A DNA stretch of 32,000 nt. Origin: Candidatus Electrothrix sp. GW3-4. Its GTDB lineage: Bacteria; Desulfobacterota; Desulfobulbia; Desulfobulbales; Desulfobulbaceae. Positions 24,541-32,000 of this stretch are shown here, in pieces. A program made the translations under genes and the position numbers. Every line of letters starts with the position of its first letter. The stretch's first letter is position 1. The notes below the pieces were generated by a model. It ran no database searches. It was given only the letters and a program-made list of their open reading frames with translations, and had not been told where the DNA came from. The DNA lies in the NCBI RefSeq assembly GCF_037902255.1, contig NZ_CP147990.1, positions 300,001 through 332,000 of the forward strand. Direction: 5' to 3'.

Positions 24541-24639
24541 GATGGCCTGGTAAAAAGTCAGAAAACAGCAATTCTCTAACGACAACTCAACGAGTTACAA
24601 TACGATTTTTCGCAAAATTGGACTTTTTGCGAAACCATC
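24541..24639 (+). mobile_element. 99-bp MITE-like element, copy D
   Basis: GATGGCCTGGTAAAAAGTCAGAAAACAGCA...AAATTGGACTTTTTGCGAAACCATC flanked by GATATT / AATATT (5 of 6 identical). Located 160 bp upstream of the kinase-like gene. Confidence 0.85.
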
Positions 24640-24801
24640 AATATTGGTATCAGTTTTAGAAATATGGATAACAATAAACAAAAAAATCTAACAGAATTGA
24701 TACCCGCATTGGCATTCTGATTTCAGGACGTTCGGAGAAGGATAATGCTAAAAAACTTTCGAACGACTACTTAGTATGAAGAGCCAGCGTCAAGTTAACG
24801 A

Positions 24802-25524
24802 ATGAAAAAAACTAACAATATTTCGCCACAGTTCAACGCTGCCTTGCCGCAGGCTTCAAAAAAAACAAACTTCATCAATCCGATTATTGAAAAAGCCTAT
24901 CATCGTGCTGAACTGTCCAGGATACGGGAAAGGGTCGCTGCAGACTTAGGGGCAAGTAAAGGAAAACGTATGCTTATCGCCAGTCCGAGTGGTGACACGG
25001 GAGCCAGTCTGCTTGTCGCTGCTCTTGGTTACTATACAGCCTATGCATGTCGACAAAGAGTACTTCTTATAGACTGCAATATGTGTCACCCCGATTTACA
25101 CACCTTCTTTAACTTATCTCAATCATATGGTATTACTGACCTTATTCAAAACGATCTGTCTGGGCAAGATATAGTTAAGAATACCGAAATAGAACGTTTA
25201 CATATCATAACAACCGGCAGCGTTGATGATAACATCTCATTAGAATTTCGACATTATCATATTCATAATTTATTCAAAGACATACAAGGTCAATTTGACC
25301 TGATCATTTGTGATACTTCGCCTGTCCTACAAAATAATCTCAATATCGCCTCATTGAGTTCAGTGACAGATTACTGTGTTCTCGTTATCAAAAAACTAGT
25401 TACAACAAAAGGGCAATTAAAAAAGTCGAAAAATATCTTAGAATCCGGTAATGGAAAAATTGATGCTATAATTGTCAACGAACACGATACTGACAAATCG
25501 CCGTTAAATCAATTGCTCACATAG
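24802..25524 (+). CDS. BY-kinase/CpsD-like P-loop protein with degenerate Walker A (likely inactive ATPase)
   Basis: Collinear with the CpsD/Wzc C-terminal ATPase pattern: Walker A position reads ASPSGDTGASLLVAALG (GAS where GKS/T is expected), A' VLLIDCNMCHPDLH, GITDLI, Walker B FDLIICDTSPV, then IDAIIVN. The last 30 residues contain no Tyr. Confidence 0.65.
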   Translation: MKKTNNISPQFNAALPQASKKTNFINPIIEKAYHRAELSRIRERVAADLGASKGKRMLIASPSGDTGASLLVAALGYYTAYACRQRVLLIDCNMCHPDLHTFFNLSQSYGITDLIQNDLSGQDIVKNTEIERLHIITTGSVDDNISLEFRHYHIHNLFKDIQGQFDLIICDTSPVLQNNLNIASLSSVTDYCVLVIKKLVTTKGQLKKSKNILESGNGKIDAIIVNEHDTDKSPLNQLLT

Positions 25525-25540
25525 GAGCGAAAATTAACTA

Positions 25541-26653
25541 TTGCCCATGAGCTTGGATATTTCGCAGAATAAAGATACTGGTCTTGATCCTCAATATTTG
25601 CTTGTCAAATATCTGGTTCCTGTTCTGGAACATAAATGGTTTGTACTCTTTTGCATCATCGTTTTCCTGATAATTGCTGTTAGTTTGAGCTTATTGGTAA
25701 AGCCAGAGTACTCCAGTACTGCGACTATCCAACTAAAAAAATTGGAAACAGAAGAAAATCCCGATATAGGCCGAATAGATATAGGTCAAGTTGTTGATGA
25801 TACACCGATTTTTTCGACGGCAATTGAAACTATGCGTAGCTCTTCTTTTCGAACAAAAATAATCAAAACTTTTGATGATCGTCTAAAAACAGAATTAGAA
25901 GTACCATTAGATTTTCCTGGGCAAATTAAAAATAAGCTCTATCCTTTGATAGAGAAAATTTTAAGATTAGAGAAAAAGCTCTCAACTAATGAAAAATTAG
26001 AAATGGAAAATAAAATAAAGCAAATACAACTTTCCAGACTCTCGGGTCGTATTCATATAAAAAGTGATCCTGAAAAGGGTACAATCAGAATCGTCGCTAG
26101 GGCATTTGACCCGACAATTGCTTCTTTACTTGTCGATGGTTATATTGAACTGTGGAAAGAAGAAAATATTAATTATATTAAAAGGATAATTCAGGAACGT
26201 CTTGATATCGCTCGTTCACAGCTAAAAAAGGATCAAGGCTATCTGGATGAGGCTGTGCAGAAAGACCTCGCCTACAGGCAGAAGATAGATATTCCAATAG
26301 ACCGGATGGTTGTACCTGACCCTAATATGCAAATAAAATTAAACATGTTACATCTCGCAATTACAAGAGCAACGGAGAACAGTGACAATGTTAATCTTGT
26401 TGTGCAAAGGCTGATAAGACTCTCGAAATCTGTCCGTGATAATGTTATAATTATAGATCCATCTCAAGTGCCATTTGCTCCGTCAGCAGATAGCAGGTTA
26501 GTAATAGTTTTTTTTGGCCTAATTCTGGGGATTGCGTTAGGTATAGCCCCTATATTAGCCTTGGAATATTACCACAGCTATATTCGTCATGAAAAAGATA
26601 TCCTGCTTGCCGTTGATATTCCTATCATCGGCAAGCTACCAAATATAACATGA
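25541..26653 (+). CDS. Wzz/chain-length-determinant-like protein
   Basis: N-terminal TM (WFVLFCIIVFLIIAVSLSLLV) followed by KPEYSSTATIQL. Coiled-coil middle region. C-terminal TM (LVIVFFGLILGIALGIAPILAL). The start is either TTG 25541 or ATG 25547. Confidence 0.65.
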   Translation: MPMSLDISQNKDTGLDPQYLLVKYLVPVLEHKWFVLFCIIVFLIIAVSLSLLVKPEYSSTATIQLKKLETEENPDIGRIDIGQVVDDTPIFSTAIETMRSSSFRTKIIKTFDDRLKTELEVPLDFPGQIKNKLYPLIEKILRLEKKLSTNEKLEMENKIKQIQLSRLSGRIHIKSDPEKGTIRIVARAFDPTIASLLVDGYIELWKEENINYIKRIIQERLDIARSQLKKDQGYLDEAVQKDLAYRQKIDIPIDRMVVPDPNMQIKLNMLHLAITRATENSDNVNLVVQRLIRLSKSVRDNVIIIDPSQVPFAPSADSRLVIVFFGLILGIALGIAPILALEYYHSYIRHEKDILLAVDIPIIGKLPNIT

Positions 26654-26742
26654 TATGTTTCCCAGTTCTTTGATTACCTTTGTATTTTACTGAGAATCCG
26701 ATCATGTAGAGTGTCACAAATTCAATCGAGCTTACGAGCACT

Positions 26743-28161
26743 ATGTTGAAAAGGGTTCTATATTTGATTGTAATTTTGTTTATTTCACTCTGTTCGGTGC
26801 AAAGATCACATGCACGTCGCAATGTCATGACCGGAGGTTTAGTCTTTGCTTATGATTATGACAAAACAAATAATGAAAGGAATAATCATGAGGACGTTAC
26901 GCCTGATGATGAATCTCTTGAACACTTCAGCATCGCTCCTCTTTTCATTCTCGAAACAACGAGTCAATTAGATAATCTGACTATCAGCTTTAATCCAAGT
27001 TTTGTTTATGATCAGGTTAGCGACCAGCATGATATAGATAATAATGTTGAGATATCGGCCTATCGTTTTTTTAGCCGAAAAATTCGTATTGATTTCAGCG
27101 ATACCTTCATCTATTCAGACGATCCAGAACTTCTTGAGGATGAGAACCGCTCAAATTACAATCAAAATCGCAGACGATATAAGGTAAATAATTTTAACTG
27201 TAATGCGACTTATAATTATGGAATTGAGAGTTTCGTCGCAACAGGGTATCGTTATGAAATTTTAAGAAATGAAGAAACCGGCCCGGGCGGCTATGAAGAT
27301 TATGACAGGCATAATCCTACTCTCTCGTTACAACATCGGTTTAATCCATTATTGAATGTTAATGTAATGTGGGGATATACGCGAGGGATTTTTGATCCCC
27401 CAGCCCCTGCTGTTATTGAAGAGAGCTATAATAACGATACTATCTCTAACGATTTATCCGAATATCGCTTCACACCAAGGATTAACTATATATTATCTCG
27501 AAGAAATACTTTATGGTTCAGTCACGACTATACGTTAATCAATTACGATGCCCTCCTGCGTTCAGATAGCTGTCTTTATGAATTTACGCTTGGATCAGAG
27601 TATCATCATACCAGACGGCTGTCCTTTGAATTTGACGGAGGTCCCTCCTATGAACAAACAGATGGCCTTGAACTTCAATGGGGTTATAACGCCCATTTAG
27701 GTTTCAACTACGATATTGATCGAAATTCGATACTAACTGCTAGCATAACAAAAGGCTACGATGAGCAAAATTTTTCCTCAGCCAATACCGCCTTGGGCAG
27801 GAGTCAGGGGTTCAGTGCATTTTGGGAATTGGAGATGAGCCTTGTTCGTGAGCTTGATACCGGCCTTACAGGCACTGCTTTTTTTTCGTATAGGAGGGAT
27901 GAGCATCAGGAATATCCGCTTGACAGTTTCGCCAATACACCCGATACTTACGTTGACAGAGAAACTCTTCGTGAAGAGAGTATGTTGAACTTAAAAGTAT
28001 ATGAGGCTGGTTGCTCTCTTGGTTATAATTTTTTACGTTGGTACTCAGCAGACCTCCGATATACATACTCAAAACAGGAGTCTGAACTGATTGAAGAGCG
28101 TTATGATGAACATCGTATTTACCTGACATTTTCAATCCAGAAAGAAATATTACGCTGGTGA
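26743..28161 (+). CDS. Predicted outer-membrane beta-barrel protein of the EPS locus
   Basis: Signal MLKRVLYLIVILFISLCSVQRSHA. Rich in Tyr/Asn/Asp/Arg with alternating strands. C-terminal ...RIYLTFSIQKEILRW (terminal aromatic). Position and size recall the uncharacterised barrel found in PEP-CTERM-type EPS loci. The family call is tentative. Confidence 0.55.
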   Translation: MLKRVLYLIVILFISLCSVQRSHARRNVMTGGLVFAYDYDKTNNERNNHEDVTPDDESLEHFSIAPLFILETTSQLDNLTISFNPSFVYDQVSDQHDIDNNVEISAYRFFSRKIRIDFSDTFIYSDDPELLEDENRSNYNQNRRRYKVNNFNCNATYNYGIESFVATGYRYEILRNEETGPGGYEDYDRHNPTLSLQHRFNPLLNVNVMWGYTRGIFDPPAPAVIEESYNNDTISNDLSEYRFTPRINYILSRRNTLWFSHDYTLINYDALLRSDSCLYEFTLGSEYHHTRRLSFEFDGGPSYEQTDGLELQWGYNAHLGFNYDIDRNSILTASITKGYDEQNFSSANTALGRSQGFSAFWELEMSLVRELDTGLTGTAFFSYRRDEHQEYPLDSFANTPDTYVDRETLREESMLNLKVYEAGCSLGYNFLRWYSADLRYTYSKQESELIEERYDEHRIYLTFSIQKEILRW

Positions 28162-28498
28162 TTTTAGAAGACAAAAGTCGGGGTTCAGCTGTATTCCTAA
28201 GCAGCTACTCCTGGATCAAAATAATCTAACACCTTATAATAATTAAAATTATTATAAAATAATTTACGAAAGCACTTTGCAAGGCGCTGATTATACAGGA
28301 AAAGTGAAAAATAACTAGTTCTGCAAAATCAACAGGATAGAATCGCCTTTCGTAAACTCCCCTTAGTCTTATTTAGTCATTTCAGATGGTTGAGTTGATT
28401 CGAGCCGAGAATCGCTGATCCCTAAGCCCCTTATTCGTTAGAGTAGAGAGGCCCAGTAAACGGTGACATGGAAATCCCTGCGAATCTTCCTGATGCCG

Positions 28499-30466
28499 CT
28501 ATTGTCCTCCCTTCAATAACAAGAGATGGATGGCAGGATTGCTGGGTGGGCTTGACCCAGACAACGCCCTGGAATGAGGATAAATCTTAGAGAAGCCATG
28601 GAAATCCTGTCCCTTAAGGTGCCCATTAGCAGACCAATCTATATCATCAGTGTGATCATCCGCTTGAAAATACAACTCTTCATACCCGATGGGGGGATTA
28701 AGATATACTGAAGGGCTATCAATTTTGAATGTCACATAATAATCTTTACCTGCTTCAAGATTAAATTGTACAGGATCACTCAATTTCTCCGAATTAGCAG
28801 GTACAGTGATATTCGAAGTCCATGCAGTACTATCAAAAGTTACTTTCTTCCAAGTTGAATCAACCACATCACCCACGCTGGCAGCTATATCACGTTCAGC
28901 AATTGAAACTTTTCTGATAGTGTAGTCAGATTCAGTTCTGCCTTGAAAACCTAATACTACCTCATTGGCTGATTCTGTTACACTAGATCCTTCAACGAGC
29001 AACCGAACACAATATCTCACAACAGAATCTTTCCAGTTAGGATCATCTAGCTGCTCTGTTGCACTCCACGCAATAGAGCTGATTATTGCTATTTGATCTG
29101 AACTTTTCTGCCCGCTAGTGTCTTCAACTGTGACTGTGGTGGTGACAGTTTCTCCTTTCTGCACCGTTACAGGCGGAAGTTTCCAGGTTGCCCAGTTTCC
29201 AGAGGTGTTGGTAGCACTTCCGCTTTCCTTACTGTTAGACCACGTAACACCTACAACCGCATCGTCATCATCTGCTGTACCAGAAATTATAATCTGCTCT
29301 TCGGCTGCAAATGTACTTAAGGTATAAGTCGGTTCTGTTGTTGGTGAGGTGATTGCTACATCAGGGTATTGGTCGCCACCGCTATTGCCACCAATGGTGA
29401 TTGGATAGCCAGCACTTACGCTGCCACTGGAGTCAAAGACAAAAAGATACGCAGATTCACCAGTACCAAATGATCCGACATTAACCGTTGCCGAGATTTG
29501 ATTATCCGTCCAAGCAGTGGGAGTCAATACGGTAAGCTTAGTTGAATTATTATAGGATGATGCGTTACCTATCTCCAACCTTGCCTGTGCATTTGGGCCA
29601 GCTGCAATATATATATCATCAAACGATGGCTCACAATTTGAAGTCTCACGGCCATAACCATTTGGTCTTATCTGTGTCCAAGAGCCCGTTTCTTTTAAAT
29701 TATTAACTCCAATATCATTAACCTCTTGAATAACCCCTACCCCTTTATCTAAATACCAGAATTTGACTTCTCCATCTGCACTTGTTGAGGTTGTGGAACC
29801 TTTGAACCAAGCCCACTGTCGTATCCATTCCCCTTTACCTATAGGAACCGTTATGTAATTGTTATAATCAGGGTCAGACTCGTTTCCCCCAATCAGCATA
29901 CTAGTAGCCAATTTTACTGGAAAGAATATATCATCAGTAACTGTATTCACTCCCATTATCCATATTATTTTCCAATTTATACCATCTATATTTCCCTCAC
30001 CAGGCCAATTGTCATCAGCAGGAAGGAATTGCCACCAGGAGATAAACGTATTACGGTTGCCTACCGGTAAATTAGCTTGAATGTAATTCAAATAAGAATC
30101 TTGATAAGATGAGGCAAATGATTGTAAACCGCTTACTGCCACTGATGTACCATAAGATGCAGAATTCATAGCATTATCCCATTGGCCATAAGTAGCTGAA
30201 CCAGCACCAGTATTAATTGGATCACCTGGGATACCTGATTCAAAATCATCAAAAACGATTACATTTGGTGCCTCATTACCAAAATCGGCACCATGAATAG
30301 TTATAGTAGCACCATTTGAGACAATTCCATCAATTTTATTTATGGAGGCAGCATTACTTGTTGTGACAAAAGTAAACAACAAAACAGATGCAAAAAAAAA
30401 TAGGTAAAATATTTTATGATATTTTAACCCGTCGCATTCCATCATTTTCTTAATATGATCGTTCAT
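28499..30466 (-). CDS. Large secreted protein, unknown function (possible concanavalin-like/beta-sandwich modules)
   Basis: AGGAGGT RBS before ATG 30466. Signal ...IFYLFFFASVLLFTFVTTSNAAS. Trp-rich N-terminal module (ISWWQFLP..., INWKIIWIMG, WIRQWAWFKG), then Ser/Thr-rich beta-sandwich-like segments. No confident family. Confidence 0.6.
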   Translation of the reverse strand: MNDHIKKMMECDGLKYHKIFYLFFFASVLLFTFVTTSNAASINKIDGIVSNGATITIHGADFGNEAPNVIVFDDFESGIPGDPINTGAGSATYGQWDNAMNSASYGTSVAVSGLQSFASSYQDSYLNYIQANLPVGNRNTFISWWQFLPADDNWPGEGNIDGINWKIIWIMGVNTVTDDIFFPVKLATSMLIGGNESDPDYNNYITVPIGKGEWIRQWAWFKGSTTSTSADGEVKFWYLDKGVGVIQEVNDIGVNNLKETGSWTQIRPNGYGRETSNCEPSFDDIYIAAGPNAQARLEIGNASSYNNSTKLTVLTPTAWTDNQISATVNVGSFGTGESAYLFVFDSSGSVSAGYPITIGGNSGGDQYPDVAITSPTTEPTYTLSTFAAEEQIIISGTADDDDAVVGVTWSNSKESGSATNTSGNWATWKLPPVTVQKGETVTTTVTVEDTSGQKSSDQIAIISSIAWSATEQLDDPNWKDSVVRYCVRLLVEGSSVTESANEVVLGFQGRTESDYTIRKVSIAERDIAASVGDVVDSTWKKVTFDSTAWTSNITVPANSEKLSDPVQFNLEAGKDYYVTFKIDSPSVYLNPPIGYEELYFQADDHTDDIDWSANGHLKGQDFHGFSKIYPHSRALSGSSPPSNPAIHLLLLKGGQ

Positions 30467-30539
30467 TTATACCTCCTGTTGTTTTTGGGCACTAGTTCCG
30501 TTCGATTCTAGGCACATCATTATGATGGGAGCATTCCCC

Positions 30540-31976
30540 AGCAATTATAAATTTGACAACATACTATTTTATTTAACGAATATGTGTTATTGAAAGGCAT
30601 GATCAATATCACACGAGTCCTCTGCTTATGCCTTCAGCTACCAACGAATTAACATTCGATACGTTTGTCAATCAGATCCATAGCATATTTGATGAACTCC
30701 CGGATTACCGGAAATTCAGCCCAAACCTCACATATTCAATGAAGGATGCGGCGTTAGGTGCGTTTTCCATGTTTTTCAACCAATCCCCATCATTCTTATC
30801 TCATCAGCGGGCAATGCAGCAGGCTCACGGGCATAATAATGCTCAAAGTTTATTCGGAATAACACAAATCATGTCGGACAATCAGACCCGCAATCTTCTT
30901 GACACCCTTACTTCTGATAATTTTTATCCAATTTTTTCAGAAACTTTTGATCGGCTTGAAAGTGCTGGACACTTGGATCGTTATAGAGTGCTGGATGATT
31001 ATTTGTTGGTTCCGATAGATGGTACAGAATTTTTTCGTTCCTCCAAAATACATTGTGAAAACTGTTCCGTTACTCGTAACTCCAACGGAACGGTAAGTTA
31101 TTCCCATAAGGTTCTTACCCCGGTGGTAGCTGCACCGGACAACAACAAGGTCATCGCTCTGGAACCAGAATTCGTCATCCATCAGGATGGTTCTGCAAAA
31201 CAGGATTGCGAGTTGAATGCTGCTAAACGCTGGATTGAACGGAATTCCTCTTTATCCGCTCGAAAAGTTATCATCCTGGGAGACGATTTGTTTTCCAGAG
31301 GGCCGTTTTGCAACTTATTATTAGCACACGATTTTCGCTTTATCCTGATTTGCAAACCCTCCTCACATACGACCCTTTACCAATATGTTGCCGAACTTGA
31401 AAAGAAAGATGGTATTACAGTAATTTCTCAAAGAAAATGGAACGGAAAATTTCACGAGCTTCATACTTATCGTTATGCTAATAACTTACCCCTCAAGCGG
31501 GGGGATGACGCTCCTTTTGTCAATTGGGTTGAGTTGACCGTCATCAACACCAAAACACAAGAGGTTCTGTACAAGAATTCTTTTATCACTGATTTTAAAA
31601 TAGACAGAACCAATGTTCAATCTATAGTACAAGCCGGAAGAACTCGATGGAAAGTGGAAAATGAAAACAATAATGTCCTCAAAACAAAAGGCTATCATTT
31701 AGATCACAATTTCGGACATGGTGATAAATTTCTCTCGAACACCTTGCTGACTCTCAACTTGGTCGCATTTCTGGCCCATACTTTCCTGGAATTTGTTGAT
31801 AAAAAATACAAAGCCGTCAGATCGGTCTTGTCTGTCCGGAAAACATTTTTTAATGACCTGAAAGCATTAACCAAATATTTATTTTTCAGTAATTGGTCTC
31901 AGCTGATAAATTTTATGTTTGAACAGCTTGAGATCAAAAGGCTATCGACTTGATAATATTAAAATTTAAAATTACT
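30540..31976 (+). mobile_element. Intact IS4-superfamily insertion sequence (1437 bp) with 12-bp target-site duplication
   Basis: Ends AGCAATTATAAATTT (30540-) and AAATTTAAAATTACT (-31976) are imperfect inverted repeats, matching at 13 of 15 positions. Flanked by GGAGCATTCCCC (30528-30539) and GGAGCATTCCCT (31977-31988). Carries a single uninterrupted transposase ORF. Confidence 0.8.
30628..31953 (+). CDS. DDE transposase (IS4-like / ISNCY-like)
   Basis: 441 aa. Candidate DDE residues in LVPIDGTEF, IILGDDLF and GRTRWKVENENNNVLKTKGYHLDHNFGHG. The last is the RW.(I/V)EN...LK motif of IS4-type enzymes. Confidence 0.75.
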   Translation: MPSATNELTFDTFVNQIHSIFDELPDYRKFSPNLTYSMKDAALGAFSMFFNQSPSFLSHQRAMQQAHGHNNAQSLFGITQIMSDNQTRNLLDTLTSDNFYPIFSETFDRLESAGHLDRYRVLDDYLLVPIDGTEFFRSSKIHCENCSVTRNSNGTVSYSHKVLTPVVAAPDNNKVIALEPEFVIHQDGSAKQDCELNAAKRWIERNSSLSARKVIILGDDLFSRGPFCNLLLAHDFRFILICKPSSHTTLYQYVAELEKKDGITVISQRKWNGKFHELHTYRYANNLPLKRGDDAPFVNWVELTVINTKTQEVLYKNSFITDFKIDRTNVQSIVQAGRTRWKVENENNNVLKTKGYHLDHNFGHGDKFLSNTLLTLNLVAFLAHTFLEFVDKKYKAVRSVLSVRKTFFNDLKALTKYLFFSNWSQLINFMFEQLEIKRLST

Positions 31977-32000
31977 GGAGCATTCCCTGATTCTTAATCG

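Noticed and set aside
28499-28560. PEP-CTERM sorting signal at the C-terminus of the 655-aa protein, and likewise of the 839-aa protein at 21700-21730
   Set aside because: The tails (..PPSNPAIHLLLLKGGQ and ..DGGKLPPL) lack the PEP motif, a full TM helix and the Arg cluster.

Overview
This 32-kb window comes from a diderm (Gram-negative) bacterium; the taxon cannot be fixed from sequence alone. No rRNA, tRNA or CRISPR array was seen. All family names come from motif recognition by eye, since no database search was possible.

The window has two compositionally different halves. Spot counts of single 60-nt lines give 38/60 GC at 1021-1080 and 18/60 GC at 25861-25920.

The left ~16 kb is GC-rich and carries envelope and periplasm genes:
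- the N-terminus of a CHAT-domain protein, which runs off the left edge and is missing from the ORF track. It is preceded by six tandem 23-bp repeats.
- an orphan NodT-type outer-membrane efflux lipoprotein.
- a cluster of small exported proteins: OB-fold-like, DUF4405, Spy/CpxP-like, EF-hand and Met-rich.
- a GumC/Wzz-like protein and an anion permease.
- a four-gene all-periplasmic cassette bracketed by inverted copies of a hairpin element.
- a TPR protein, a YedE-family gene frameshifted in a G5 run, a small OMP, and a BsuPI-like gene frameshifted in an A5 run.

The right ~16 kb is AT-rich and is an accessory surface island saturated with mobile DNA:
- a decayed IS701-like element with perfect 22-bp terminal inverted repeats.
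- an ISKra4-like and a DUF772-type transposase remnant.
- an intact IS4-like element with a 12-bp target duplication.
- a 99-bp MITE-like family (4 copies in the window, all exactly 99 bp, each with flanking duplications) and a second 138-bp MITE-like element.

One 99-bp copy splits a large secreted protein. That protein has a DNRLRE-like domain, two SdrD-B-like domains and four copies of a ~110-aa Cys-containing repeat I cannot assign to a family. Removing the element restores the frame exactly.

Downstream lies a partial exopolysaccharide locus. It holds a sugar transferase, a BY-kinase-like protein lacking the Walker A lysine, a Wzz-like protein and an OM beta-barrel. A 1.1-kb noncoding gap interrupts it and contains three consecutive long hairpin units punctuated by AAATTC.
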